This document shows positions 1 to 12,212 of a stretch of DNA of 64,000 nucleotides, piece after piece; within the stretch, counting starts at the first letter, position 1; the number at the start of each line of letters is the position of its first letter. A program made the position numbers and the translations under genes. Origin of the DNA: Candidatus Magasanikbacteria bacterium RIFCSPHIGHO2_01_FULL_33_34 (GTDB lineage: Bacteria; Patescibacteriota; Patescibacteriia; Magasanikbacterales; UBA922); the NCBI GenBank assembly GCA_001782825.1, contig MFPS01000006.1:84553-148552 (forward strand), given 5' to 3'. The notes below the pieces were generated by a model. The model did no database searches. It had not been told where the DNA came from and saw only the letters and a program-made list of their open reading frames with translations.

Positions 1-74
1 ATTACCATTGCATTAATTATAAATCAAGATCAAAAACTCGTTCCTTCTTGCAAAGAAACGAGTTAATAATTATA

Positions 75-974
75 TTAAAAATCTCCTGGATTTATATAGA
101 TATTGTCATCAAAAAAATTGATTATGGGTATAATTCTAAAATTATTAAACTCTGCTACTTGACTAAAGTATCTCAATTCTACACTCTCGGTTGAAAATGC
201 TGCCATTTTTTCAAAGTACAAATAAACATACCCTATGACTTGACTTCCATTTAATAACTCAACCAAAAATACCGGTTCCCAATAATTAAAAGCTGAACTG
301 TTTATTAAATCAAAAGAAATAACTGGAAAAGATAGGCCAGACAAAGATGCATCACTCACTATAAAATTATCTGCCTGAAACAAATTTCTTTCTGCAATAA
401 AATTCTTCACATCTGGCACATCATGAGCATCCACTGACTCCCATTCTATATTATCAATTACAAAATTTGTATTGGCTGGAAATGCATTACTCTCAACACC
501 AAATAATGCTACTGGTCTCTTTGATAAAGGAATAATAATAGCTGTCTCAATTTGACTTTCTATACCAGAATATACAAAATGATAAGTTACTTTAGCTATC
601 CATCTTTCATTTGGATTTTGTATACTTGCCACAAAATCATACATATTCTCAGAAGTAGCAAATACCCGAACATCTGCCACATTTAAATCTTGAGCTTTGT
701 AAATTTCTTGTATACTTGAATAATTCTGGTTTGTCTGCGTATATTTTGCCAAATATTCTTGATCATTCCAATAACCAAAAAAGAGATATTCCCCCCATTT
801 CCATAAACCAAACCCATAAAATACAACACACAATGTAATCAAAAAGCCTATAAAAATTTCGCGAAATAATTCTCTGTGAAGTAAATACCATGTACCAATT
901 TTTAATTGACGACTAGAAAATTGTCCACTCGTATCTACATACTGATCTATTTTACTTTTTTTGTGTTCTAACAT
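75..974 (-). CDS. Hypothetical membrane-anchored protein (single N-terminal TM helix), immediately downstream of the giant surface-protein gene
   Basis: 299-aa ORF. Hydrophobic segment FIGFLITLCVVFYGFGLW near the N-terminus. No recognisable catalytic motif. Confidence 0.5.
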   Translation of the reverse strand: MLEHKKSKIDQYVDTSGQFSSRQLKIGTWYLLHRELFREIFIGFLITLCVVFYGFGLWKWGEYLFFGYWNDQEYLAKYTQTNQNYSSIQEIYKAQDLNVADVRVFATSENMYDFVASIQNPNERWIAKVTYHFVYSGIESQIETAIIIPLSKRPVALFGVESNAFPANTNFVIDNIEWESVDAHDVPDVKNFIAERNLFQADNFIVSDASLSGLSFPVISFDLINSSAFNYWEPVFLVELLNGSQVIGYVYLYFEKMAAFSTESVELRYFSQVAEFNNFRIIPIINFFDDNIYINPGDF

Positions 975-1030
975 ATTACTTTCAATAAGTAATATATATT
1001 ATACAATAAAACTGAGAAGAAATAAATCTT

Positions 1031-1066
1031 TTATAAACAAAAGGAAAGAAAATAAATTTCTTTCCT
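1031..1066 (-). terminator. Rho-independent terminator after the giant gene (10-bp stem aggaaagaaa/tttctttcct, U-rich tail on the minus strand)
   Basis: Perfect inverted repeat 1042-1051/1057-1066, followed on the minus strand by tttgtttat. Confidence 0.5.
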
Positions 1067-1107
1067 AATGAATGTCAAAATATTAATGAAGTATTTATTT
1101 GGACAAT

Positions 1108-4100
1108 TTATTGATAAAGTGGAAGAGTTGCAACTGTAGTTGGCAAAGCATTGTTATACAATGTTTGACCACTTCCGTTTACCAATGTTAATGTACCGCC
1201 ACGATTAGTATTACTAAATCTTACAGTAGCTACACTACCATTACTAAAGTTAATAGTAGCACCAGTTTCAGTAGCAGTATTATTAGATACTACTGAAGAG
1301 ACTGCATTGTCCACTCCAATCACATGCAAGAACAATGATTCAGTTCCATTAGTTCCTACAGCTTCCGCTCTCACACCGCTAAATACTGGCACAGTTGTCC
1401 AAGGAATTCCCGCTGGAGACAATCTCCAAACATCCGCTCTTTGTGAACCCTGTACAAAGGTTAATCTATTGCCAGAAATAATTGGTGGCGTTGACATCTG
1501 CAATTGGAAAATTCTAGAAACACTTGAAGAATTTGCAGCAGCCCGATCAAACAATACTACTGCCCCAGATTTAATAAACAATAATTCACGTTCTGATTTT
1601 ACCACTTCAGCTTTACCATTATATATTGGTCTAGTATTAGCCAACTCATAAGAGAACAAATTGCCATCAGACAAAGCTAGCACTTGAGATGGAGTAGCTC
1701 CCTCTACTTGCCTTACAGTATTTCCACCAGAACTAAATCGTACCAAATTGTGCATCTCTTCATCTAATTCAATACCACTATGAGATCTACGATTGGCATC
1801 ATCAAATAACCAAGTACCCGCAGAATTGAGCAAGAACGAACCTTGATCCCTATGTGCATGACTTTGATCATAAGGACCAGCCATCATATGCACGAATACT
1901 CCATTCTTTTCCCAAGAAGAACGAGAATAAAAATTACCACTTCCTGTACCAAAATAAGCAGTATTAATAGTAGAAAGAGGTCTAGTAGTAACAGATGGCC
2001 ATTCATTAATAAAATCTGACCAATAAGTAGCGCTATACTGTATTCTAGGAACATTAGATGAAGCAAGAAGTTGTTTGGCTACCCCAGAAATAGGCTCATT
2101 TGGATAAATAGAGATTAAATTTTGTAACAAATCTCTATGATAATCATAGAACTCTGCAGTTTGATCACGAGAATGATCACCAGTTGGAACTATTTTATCT
2201 AATGAAGGCATTACAGAATGAGTAAACCAAAACATTGTAGCTAGAGTATGAGGAGTCTGATTTGCAATACTCACACCTGTTGATTTTTCCCACCAGAAAT
2301 ATAACTTAAACAAACGTCTCAAAGCAGTTCCATAACCAGTACCCTCACGAGAACCACCTCCTGGTAAAATATTAAATGCTGGTATCAATTGATTGATAAT
2401 TTTTTCACCATAAAATTTATCCAGCCATTTTTGTGCTTCAGGATTATTGCCATAAGTAGCTAAACCTGTAAACATTGTCGCTTCCAAGAAAGAATAATAA
2501 TAATTATTATATGGATCATCAATTGACCAACCTGACCAAGGGTAAGAAACACCACCCCAACGAACATCTTCTGGATCACCCCATAAATTATTTAGAACTA
2601 AGTTCATATAATTAACCCATCTAGTTCTCTGTGATGGAGTTAACAAATCATATGCAAAGTCATAAACCAAAGCTATGTCGCCCAATTCATCACCTACTTC
2701 CAAAAAGCTGTCCCGTGATATTGTTGCTCGTTGACCAGCATTTATTCTAGCTTCTTCTTCGGCCACATATCTATCTATATTTGCTATAGCAAAATTTCCA
2801 TACCTCGCTTCACCAGTAAGACGGTACATCAATGCTGCACCCCAATTTGCAAATGCATAATTTGTACCTGGATGAGCTAATTCATTATCTATCATTGTTT
2901 TATATCTAGAAGCACCAGGAGAATTTGTAGTTAAAGCATTTTGTAATCTAGAAAGTGTAGCCGTGTCATTAATAAGAACATAAGGATGAGTAGTTGCTAA
3001 AGGTTTTACAGATGAAACCTGTACTACTGGAGTAGGTGTTGGTGTAGGTGTTGGAACTGGAGTTGGTTCTGGTACTGGCGCAATTATTGGTTCTGGCTCA
3101 GGCGCTGGTGCTGGCGCTGGCGCTGGGGTTGATTGAGCAACCAAATAATTTTCAACTGAATAACCATCGGCACCACTATCATAATTTATTTGCCACCAAT
3201 TATACCCACCTTGAGCTACTGGTCCACTTACTACCGATCCTTGTGATCCAGCTGATTGTGTTCCTAACAATGTACCAGTAATTGTAGGTGTTGATCTTAC
3301 ATTTAAGTTCGCAGTTGTCTGTACTCTTTGACCTACTGTAAACATCCCTAAAGTTGGAGTTGTAGTAATAACCGGGGTTGGAGTTGGTGTAGGAGTTGGC
3401 GTTACACTTGCCACAGAAGATAATCCACCATCATATCCAATGGTTGAACGCATCCACCAATTAAATTTACGAGGAGGGTTTACTCTATACTTTGGTAAAT
3501 AAGTTGTAGTACGAGTCGCATCAGTAAACGCAAACACTGCACAATTTCTCAACTGTGCTCTACGATTAATTAAAGCATCAGTCGATTGACCAAGTATCTG
3601 TTTTGCTTCTATAGCAAATGAAATTAAACCTGAAACATCCAAACAGTGATCAAAATCACCTTCACTTGGAGTTTCTGGGGTATAAGGACCAGTAGGACCA
3701 ACTAAATAATATGCAGCCGTTAATCCAGCATAAGTATCATCTATAACACTACCATCAAAATAAGCATTTTGTTCCATCCAATCTGCGTAACGAGAAACTT
3801 GTTGTAATACTTCAGTATTTCCAGTAAGAGAATAAAGTCTACGAGCAGCTTGGAAATATAAATTACTCATCCAAGGACTTGTGATTAACTGTGATGGACT
3901 ACTACCACCACCCTCATGCTGATCAATTGTTGTTAATGGCACTCCACCACCAAGGTTAGACCGTGAAGTCCATTGATTTACTAAAGCATTAATACGAGTA
4001 AGAGCTGATGGATCTCTTGTTAAATCATACCAAGATACCGCTGTTTCAAGAGCAAAACCAATTTCGCGTTCTGTCCATAAACCTCCACTTGAATAAGTGC

Positions 4101-6357
4101 TAGAAAAATCAGATACTGAAAAATTATAAATTCTTTGAGCAATTGAACGGTATTGATCATCACCAGTTTCTCTTTCATAAAGAAGAAAAGGAGTTACATA
4201 TCCGTATTTTCCATCTTGTTCTCCTGTTTTTGGAGTAAAGTAACCACCTGAACTTATGTGATTTCTATAATATTCAAAATCAGATAAAAATTGTTGATAC
4301 CAACGAGCTTTATCTGTAGATGATACAGAACGTTTATACATATAATAAGCAACTGAAGCTCTATCAAACAACCACGGTTCATAAATTGTTTCTCCATAAT
4401 TCCAATTTCCATAACCAGATGTAAATCTAGAATCAACATTATGTCCTTCAAAATTCCAATTTCTTGCCCAAGTTTCAGCAAATTTAACTAAAGGAGCATC
4501 TGCAGGGTCATTAAGATTGAATGGAGCAAAAGTAGGCACAGAACTACCAGTCAAGATAGGTACTGGAACTGGTGAAGGAGTTGGTGTAATGACTGGGGTT
4601 GGAGTTGGATCAAGTACTGGAACTGGAGTTGCCACAGCAAACAAATAATTTTCAACCGAATAACCATCGGCACCACTATCATAATTTATTTGCCACCAAT
4701 TATATCCACCTTGGGGCACTGGTCCACTAACTACTGTTCCTTGTGATCCAGCTGATTGATTTCCTAATAATGTACCAGTAGTTGCTGGTGTTGCTCTAAC
4801 ATTTAAGTTTACAGTTGTTTGAACTCGTTGACCTACTGTAAATACACCTGAAGTTGGAGCTGGTGTAGGTGTAGGAGTTGGTGTAATGACTGGATTTGGG
4901 GTTGGGGTTGGGGTTGGGGTTGGGGTTGGTGCTGGTTGAAAAACTGGCAAAGAAATACCAGGTAAAATTACTGAAACATCATCTAACATCAAACCTGTCA
5001 AAGGTTGACTACCTTCTTGGAAAATACCCACGCGAACTCTAGATAAATCACGAGTATTATCAAGAGGAAAACTAAGAGTAATACCTTTATTACCTAATGT
5101 ACTAGGTGCCTCAGAACAATTTTGTACAAATCCTCCACCAAGATACTCTATCAAACCACAAAATGAAATTTTAGATGTTGAATTTACAGTTACACGAACA
5201 CTAGCAGAAGCTGTAAAATGAGATGACCTTCTGGTAGTAAAAGTTGAAAAATCTCTACCACTCCAAAGCACACTATCTCCATAACCAGAAGTACCCACTA
5301 ATAAACTTCTATTACCATTAATTGGATTATTAGTAACCACAGAGACAGAAGTTCCAGATTGATTTGGTTCAAAATTTGAAAGACTATTTTCAAAACCAGA
5401 ATCTTCAAGCAAATTTACTCCTGTTGCAGTAGGCGCTGGTGGTAATGGCTCAGTTTTTTGTGCACTACAGCTAGCAGAAGTACCACCATTTATACCAACA
5501 CAAGTCCAATTCCAAGGACCTGATCCAGAAACAGAGCTAGACGCACCAGTAGAACATAAATTGGTAGTTGGTATACTTGATACAGTAGTACCATTAACTG
5601 AACCACAAACACCATTTACTAAAATTGGGGTTGGGGTTGGTTCTGGAGTTGGGGTAGGAGTTGGAGTTGGAGTTGGAGTTGGAGTTGGGGTTGGAGTTGG
5701 GGTTGGGGTTGGGGTAGGAGTTGGGGTTGGAGTTGGGGTTGGGGTTGGAGTTGGCGTAGGTTCTGGAGTTGGCGTAGGTGTTGTAGAAGTACCACCAGAC
5801 AAAACTACTGAAACATCATCAATCATTACTCCTGTCAAACGATCACTACCTTCTTGAAAAATACCAACACGAACTCGTTCTATGTCTTGAGAAATATCAA
5901 GCGGGAAAGTGACTGAAACAGTACCTTTATAACCCATTGAACCAGAAACTTCAGAACATTCTATAATATATTGTCCATTAGTATATTCTACTAAACCACA
6001 AAATCTAATACCTGAAGCAGAATCAACTGTAGCTCGAATTCTAACAGAACCAGTAAACTGAGAAAATCTTTTACTACTAAAATTTAAAAGATTGCTACCA
6101 GACCAAAGTACACTATCACCATATCCAGAAGTATTTATTAATAAACTTCTTGAACCATTGATTGGACTATCACTAGTTAAAGAAGCAGATGTTCCATTTT
6201 GATTGGGTTCAAAATTTGACATACTGGTCTCAAAGCCAGGATCACCAACTAAATTATCTGTAACTATATCAGCCCTAACAATAGTAAAAAATGATGGCGA
6301 ATAAAACACCAAACCAAATACTATCATTAAGGCAAAAAATATTAACGATTTTTTCAT
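1108..6357 (-). CDS. Giant secreted multidomain protein (1749 aa). Signal peptide, two CBM-like beta-sandwich modules, two SH3b-like modules, an alpha-rich domain, an alginate-lyase/heparinase II/III-like module (HxHxDxxSF motif) and a C-terminal beta-rich region, all joined by (TP)n/(AP)n linkers.
   Basis: N-terminus [20 protein letters not shown] is a signal peptide. The module VGDPGFE...IDDVSVVL is repeated (aa about 30-190 and 320-480). The module [50 protein letters not shown] is repeated twice. [12 protein letters not shown] matches the Hepar_II_III HxHxDxxSF signature, and an alpha/alpha-toroid-like region precedes it. Long TPTPTP linkers are present. Confidence 0.8.
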   Translation of the reverse strand: MKKSLIFFALMIVFGLVFYSPSFFTIVRADIVTDNLVGDPGFETSMSNFEPNQNGTSASLTSDSPINGSRSLLINTSGYGDSVLWSGSNLLNFSSKRFSQFTGSVRIRATVDSASGIRFCGLVEYTNGQYIIECSEVSGSMGYKGTVSVTFPLDISQDIERVRVGIFQEGSDRLTGVMIDDVSVVLSGGTSTTPTPTPEPTPTPTPTPTPTPTPTPTPTPTPTPTPTPTPTPTPTPTPEPTPTPILVNGVCGSVNGTTVSSIPTTNLCSTGASSSVSGSGPWNWTCVGINGGTSASCSAQKTEPLPPAPTATGVNLLEDSGFENSLSNFEPNQSGTSVSVVTNNPINGNRSLLVGTSGYGDSVLWSGRDFSTFTTRRSSHFTASASVRVTVNSTSKISFCGLIEYLGGGFVQNCSEAPSTLGNKGITLSFPLDNTRDLSRVRVGIFQEGSQPLTGLMLDDVSVILPGISLPVFQPAPTPTPTPTPTPNPVITPTPTPTPAPTSGVFTVGQRVQTTVNLNVRATPATTGTLLGNQSAGSQGTVVSGPVPQGGYNWWQINYDSGADGYSVENYLFAVATPVPVLDPTPTPVITPTPSPVPVPILTGSSVPTFAPFNLNDPADAPLVKFAETWARNWNFEGHNVDSRFTSGYGNWNYGETIYEPWLFDRASVAYYMYKRSVSSTDKARWYQQFLSDFEYYRNHISSGGYFTPKTGEQDGKYGYVTPFLLYERETGDDQYRSIAQRIYNFSVSDFSSTYSSGGLWTEREIGFALETAVSWYDLTRDPSALTRINALVNQWTSRSNLGGGVPLTTIDQHEGGGSSPSQLITSPWMSNLYFQAARRLYSLTGNTEVLQQVSRYADWMEQNAYFDGSVIDDTYAGLTAAYYLVGPTGPYTPETPSEGDFDHCLDVSGLISFAIEAKQILGQSTDALINRRAQLRNCAVFAFTDATRTTTYLPKYRVNPPRKFNWWMRSTIGYDGGLSSVASVTPTPTPTPTPVITTTPTLGMFTVGQRVQTTANLNVRSTPTITGTLLGTQSAGSQGSVVSGPVAQGGYNWWQINYDSGADGYSVENYLVAQSTPAPAPAPAPEPEPIIAPVPEPTPVPTPTPTPTPVVQVSSVKPLATTHPYVLINDTATLSRLQNALTTNSPGASRYKTMIDNELAHPGTNYAFANWGAALMYRLTGEARYGNFAIANIDRYVAEEEARINAGQRATISRDSFLEVGDELGDIALVYDFAYDLLTPSQRTRWVNYMNLVLNNLWGDPEDVRWGGVSYPWSGWSIDDPYNNYYYSFLEATMFTGLATYGNNPEAQKWLDKFYGEKIINQLIPAFNILPGGGSREGTGYGTALRRLFKLYFWWEKSTGVSIANQTPHTLATMFWFTHSVMPSLDKIVPTGDHSRDQTAEFYDYHRDLLQNLISIYPNEPISGVAKQLLASSNVPRIQYSATYWSDFINEWPSVTTRPLSTINTAYFGTGSGNFYSRSSWEKNGVFVHMMAGPYDQSHAHRDQGSFLLNSAGTWLFDDANRRSHSGIELDEEMHNLVRFSSGGNTVRQVEGATPSQVLALSDGNLFSYELANTRPIYNGKAEVVKSERELLFIKSGAVVLFDRAAANSSSVSRIFQLQMSTPPIISGNRLTFVQGSQRADVWRLSPAGIPWTTVPVFSGVRAEAVGTNGTESLFLHVIGVDNAVSSVVSNNTATETGATINFSNGSVATVRFSNTNRGGTLTLVNGSGQTLYNNALPTTVATLPLYQ
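4897..4935. repeat. (GGGGTT)5 hexanucleotide tandem repeat inside the giant gene (encodes a PTPTPT linker on the minus strand)
   Basis: ggggttggggttggggttggggttggggtt is read directly. Confidence 0.8.
5625..5790. repeat. About 165-bp imperfect hexanucleotide tandem repeat (GGNGTT units) encoding a (TP)n linker of about 50 aa
   Basis: ggggtt/ggagtt/ggcgta units repeated about 27 times. The opposite-strand GVGV ORF (5561..5857) is an artefact of this repeat. Confidence 0.85.
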
Positions 6358-6597
6358 ACAAAATGATTAAATAAAATAAATTTTAATAAATTAAAATAAT
6401 TATTTTAAATCTGCCTTTTGAAAACAAAGATAAAATATATTTATTAAGTATACAATATAGTTTAAAATAAGTAAACTACCATTTACCACCAATAACAAAC
6501 GATACGTATCAAAACTACTTAAATACAAAACCAATATGCCCTTGTACAAGCTACAAATTTATGTTACAATATTGCTACTAAATGAATCATAATCTGA

Positions 6598-8724
<2,127 letters not shown>

Positions 8725-8747
8725 TTATATAATTTTAATAGACAAAT

Positions 8748-9158
8748 ATGCCATCAGAAAATTTAAAAACTAATGATACTACCATGTCAGAACAAGAAAA
8801 AATTATAACACAGCAAGAAAAAGAAAAAACATTAAAACAAAAAGAAGCAGTACAATATAAAGTAATGGAAAAATTGGGTTTTTTACCAAATAATTTTGAT
8901 CCAAAAAACTATGAATCACCAGATGTTGATCAAATAAAAGTTTTACGATGGAGCCAAACTGAAGATGAAAGCAAAGATATAGAAACAAAAACAAAAGAAG
9001 AACCAGTAACAAACGCAAAAATCTTTAGAGAAGCATACAATGATCCTAAAATTAATGAATTTGCCGGCAAAACAATACCAGAAAATGAACTAGATAACAT
9101 AGTTGACAAGATTGTTAAAAAAATGATTTCAAACCCGAAAGCATTAATTTTAAATTAA
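8748..9158 (+). CDS. Hypothetical Lys/Glu-rich protein
   Basis: 136-aa ORF with no recognisable motifs. Confidence 0.35.
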   Translation: MPSENLKTNDTTMSEQEKIITQQEKEKTLKQKEAVQYKVMEKLGFLPNNFDPKNYESPDVDQIKVLRWSQTEDESKDIETKTKEEPVTNAKIFREAYNDPKINEFAGKTIPENELDNIVDKIVKKMISNPKALILN

Positions 9159-9204
9159 ATTTTAATAAAATTGTAACAAAATAAATAATTATCCACTCGG
9201 CTAC

Positions 9205-9233
9205 TTGACAAAATACCAAATATATAGTATATT
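9205..9233 (+). promoter_or_regulatory. Sigma70-like promoter upstream of secE (TTGACA-17-TATATT)
   Basis: ttgaca at 9205-9210, a 17-nt spacer, then tatatt at 9228-9233. A short GGCC-GAA-GGCC hairpin plus T6 lies between it and the secE start. Confidence 0.4.
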
Positions 9234-9276
9234 ATACCTATCAAATTGGCCGAAGGCCTTTTTTAAATACTTAAAT

Positions 9277-9468
9277 ATGAAATTAATAAAAAGCCTAAAA
9301 GACTATTTTGTCGGTGCATATCAAGAAGGCAAAAAAATCGTTTGGCCAAACAAAAAACAAGTAAAGACCTACACCATACTTGTTATTGCAATGAGTCTAG
9401 GAGTAGCCGTATTTTTTGCAATTTTAGACTATGTTTTCAATATCGGTCTAGGCCAACTAATCAAATAA
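9277..9468 (+). CDS. secE: Preprotein translocase subunit SecE (start taken at the internal Met; the ORF-track 5' extension is probably not translated)
   Basis: MKLIKSLKDYFVGAYQEGKKIVWPNKKQVKTYTILVIAMSLGVAVFFAILD is the classic SecE KxVxWP motif plus a single TM. It sits immediately upstream of nusG. Confidence 0.7.
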   Translation: MKLIKSLKDYFVGAYQEGKKIVWPNKKQVKTYTILVIAMSLGVAVFFAILDYVFNIGLGQLIK

Positions 9469-9479
9469 TTAACATCTAT

Positions 9480-10025
9480 ATGGCTAAACAAACCTTAAAC
9501 CTCGGCCGTAGATGGTATGTACTTCATACATACAGCGGTTACGAGGAAAATGTAAAAAGAAACCTCGAACAACGTATTGCTTCTTTTGACATGCAAGATA
9601 AAATTTTCAGTGTAATGGTACCAAAAGAGAAAAAAATAAAAATCAAAAATGGTAAACGCCAAGTAATAGAAGAAAAAGTATTTCCTGGATATGTGCTTGT
9701 AGAAATGATAGTAACAGATGATTCTTGGTATGTAGTTCGCAATACTCCAAATGTAACTGGATTTATCGGTTCTGGAACGACTCCAGTATCAATTGACCCA
9801 AAAGAAATGCTCAAATTACAAGGCCGAATGGATGTATCTGAACCATCACACAAAATCGATGCTGAAATTGATGATAATGTAAAAATTACTGACGGACCAT
9901 TCAAAAATTTTGAAGGTAAGGTCAGCGCAGTAGATGAAGCTAGAGGAAAAGTAAAAGTATTGGTATCTATGTTTGGTAGAGAAACTCCGGTTGAATTAGA
10001 CGCTTTACAAGTTAAAAAGTTATAA
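9480..10025 (+). CDS. nusG: Transcription termination/antitermination factor NusG (start at internal Met 9480; the ORF-track start at 9342 overlaps secE)
   Basis: RRWYVLHTYSGYEENV...FPGYVLVEM (NGN domain) and the C-terminal KOW domain GRETPVELD...V. Confidence 0.9.
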   Translation: MAKQTLNLGRRWYVLHTYSGYEENVKRNLEQRIASFDMQDKIFSVMVPKEKKIKIKNGKRQVIEEKVFPGYVLVEMIVTDDSWYVVRNTPNVTGFIGSGTTPVSIDPKEMLKLQGRMDVSEPSHKIDAEIDDNVKITDGPFKNFEGKVSAVDEARGKVKVLVSMFGRETPVELDALQVKKL

Positions 10026-10258
10026 CAAAATTTGGAGTTTGCCCAGTCAGGCATGCTTCTAACTCCAAAGTAATAATTAATCACATAAAGTTCATAGCCA
10101 AAAATTCATAGTCAATAGTTTGTAACCAATAGCCAATAGTTCATAGAAAACAGATAAAGAAAGAAAAACTATGTACTAAATTCTACTGGCTCCGAACTAC
10201 TAACTATGGACTAGTCGTCTATTGGCTCTGAACTAATAACTAAGAACTATTAAAATAT

Positions 10259-10681
10259 ATGGCCAAAAAATTAATAACCCAAATCAAATTACAAATCCAA
10301 GGCGGTGCTGCCAATCCAGCTCCTCCAGTCGGACCAGCACTTGGTCAACACGGATTAAACATCCAAGACTTTTGTTCACAATTCAATACTGCAACTGCTG
10401 ACAAAAAAGGTGAAGTAGTGCCAGTTGTGATAGATGTTTATGAAGACAGAACTTTTTCTTTCATAACCAAAGTAGCACCAGCTAGTCAACTAGTCCTCAA
10501 AGCAGCCGGTCTTGCAAAAGGTTCTAGCAACCCCCTAAAAGAAAAAGTTGGTAAAATTACCAAAGCCCAACTAAAAGAAATCGCTGAAAAGAAAATGCCT
10601 GACTTAAATGCTAACGATATAAATGCAGCTATGGAAATTATCGCCGGTACGGCAAAACAAATGGGTGTAATTATTGAATAA
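10259..10681 (+). CDS. rplK: 50S ribosomal protein L11
   Basis: [39 protein letters not shown] is highly diagnostic. Confidence 0.95.
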   Translation: MAKKLITQIKLQIQGGAANPAPPVGPALGQHGLNIQDFCSQFNTATADKKGEVVPVVIDVYEDRTFSFITKVAPASQLVLKAAGLAKGSSNPLKEKVGKITKAQLKEIAEKKMPDLNANDINAAMEIIAGTAKQMGVIIE

Positions 10682-10695
10682 ACACATACAAATAA

Positions 10696-10720
10696 AAATC
10701 GCCGACTGGCGATTTTTTAT
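10696..10720 (+). terminator. Rho-independent terminator directly after rplK (atcgcc-gact-ggcgat plus T6)
   Basis: Perfect 6-bp GC-rich stem, 4-nt loop and a T-run. No rplA follows. Confidence 0.7.
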
Positions 10721-10807
10721 TTACTATTATATTTAATTATGGTAATGTATATTGAAATTAAAGTCTTTATTAAATATCAAACTTTAAAGACACTATAACT
10801 TAATAAT

Positions 10808-11239
10808 ATGCAATCACCAAGAAAAGAAGTCATACAACTAATCTACCTATATATTGTTACATTAGTAGGATTATTTATGATAGTAATTCCTGCCGTAGAT
10901 ATAATTAAAATTGGCCTAGAAAAATGGATATTCCCTTTAGCTGTTCAAGACGATTATGATTATCGTTATTACCCACCAGAACCTTATCCTATCAAAGAAA
11001 GAATTGTTGGGGAAACTGCTACAGAAATTGGTGACTTGAAAGTTACAGAAGAAGAAAAATTAGCATTGGAGCGATGGAAAGTACAATTTGAACAATGGGA
11101 AGAAAAAGACAAAAACAAAGACCATGTATCTATCCAAATGCAAAGAAGTATGGTAAGAGATATCTCAATTCTTCTGGGCGGTCTTGTATTGTTCCTTTCT
11201 CATGGTTATGTTCTTAGAAAAAAAAGAAAAGAGCAATAA
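10808..11239 (+). CDS. Hypothetical membrane protein (N- and C-terminal TM helices)
   Basis: 143 aa with two hydrophobic segments. Confidence 0.45.
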   Translation: MQSPRKEVIQLIYLYIVTLVGLFMIVIPAVDIIKIGLEKWIFPLAVQDDYDYRYYPPEPYPIKERIVGETATEIGDLKVTEEEKLALERWKVQFEQWEEKDKNKDHVSIQMQRSMVRDISILLGGLVLFLSHGYVLRKKRKEQ

Positions 11240-11242
11240 AAT

Positions 11243-12175
11243 ATGGTAAACAATAATTTCCATACTCAAAAAATATCAATTAGCATAATTGGAGCAGGGC
11301 ATGTCGGCTCTGCCATTGCTTATGCACTGACAATAAAAAATGTTGCATCTGAAATAAATATAATTGATATAGATGAAGAAAGACGCGAAGGTGAAGTAAT
11401 GGATATATCAGATGGTATAGCTTATGTTGAAACTGGAGTTGTAAAAAATGGAACTTTCAAAGATGCTCGTAACTCTGATATTGTAGTTGTAACAGCTGGC
11501 GCAAAACAAAAACCTGGAGAGACTCGACTTGACTTGGCTATTCAAAATAAAAAAATAATGAAATCAATTTTTAAAAAAATTGGCACACTCAAACCAACAA
11601 CAATTGTAGTAGTTGTTTCCAACCCAGTTGATGTACTCACCTATTACATACAAAAAATAACCAATCTACCAAAAAATCAAGTACTAGGCAGTGGCACTAC
11701 ACTTGACACCTCTAGACTTAGGACTATACTATCTCACAAATTTGGAGTAAGTGCCCAAAATATTCATGGTTATGTACTTGGTGAACATGGTAATAGTAGT
11801 TTTATAGCGTGGAGTACGGTATCAATTGGAGGAATACCAATTAATAAAATTAAGGGCTTCACCAAACAATATGCTAATCAGCTAGAAACAGAAGTTAAAA
11901 AACAAGCCTATGAAATTATAGAGCGTAAAGGTTCAACTTATTATGGTATTGGTCTTTCTGTAGCCAATATTATTAAAGCTATTTTATTTGATCAAAATTT
12001 AATCTTGCCAGTATCAACAAAATTAACCAACTGGAATGGTGTATCAAATGTATGTATAGGTTCACTTGCCATAGTTGGCAGAGAAGGTGTCAAAGGATTA
12101 TGGCCAATTGAGCTCAATGCTACAGAAAAAAATAAATTAAAAAAATCTGCTGATCTAATTAAAAGTTATTTATAA
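11243..12175 (+). CDS. ldh: L-lactate dehydrogenase (LDH/MDH family; Gln in the substrate-specificity position favours LDH)
   Basis: IIGAGHVGSAIAY, VVTAGAKQKPGETRLDL (Q rather than the R found in MDH), VVSNPVDVLTY, GSGTTLDTSR, and the catalytic GEHGNS. Confidence 0.8.
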   Translation: MVNNNFHTQKISISIIGAGHVGSAIAYALTIKNVASEINIIDIDEERREGEVMDISDGIAYVETGVVKNGTFKDARNSDIVVVTAGAKQKPGETRLDLAIQNKKIMKSIFKKIGTLKPTTIVVVVSNPVDVLTYYIQKITNLPKNQVLGSGTTLDTSRLRTILSHKFGVSAQNIHGYVLGEHGNSSFIAWSTVSIGGIPINKIKGFTKQYANQLETEVKKQAYEIIERKGSTYYGIGLSVANIIKAILFDQNLILPVSTKLTNWNGVSNVCIGSLAIVGREGVKGLWPIELNATEKNKLKKSADLIKSYL

Positions 12176-12212
12176 AAATCACGAACCACCAGCTAAGCTG
12201 GTGGTTTAAAGT

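Noticed and set aside
4897-5790. Possible CRISPR array (short regular repeats)
   Set aside because: The repeats are 6-nt in-frame coding microsatellites inside a long ORF, with no spacers of distinct sequence. No CRISPR repeat/spacer architecture or cas genes occur anywhere in the window.
5561-5857. Plus-strand ORF encoding GVGVGV... (98 aa)
   Set aside because: Antisense artefact of the (TP)n-encoding hexamer repeat in the giant minus-strand gene; low complexity, no start context.
9342-9479. 5' extension of the nusG ORF (and 9205-9276 extension of secE)
   Set aside because: The extensions overlap the upstream gene or promoter and add non-conserved residues. Conserved SecE and NusG N-termini begin at the internal Met codons (9277, 9480).
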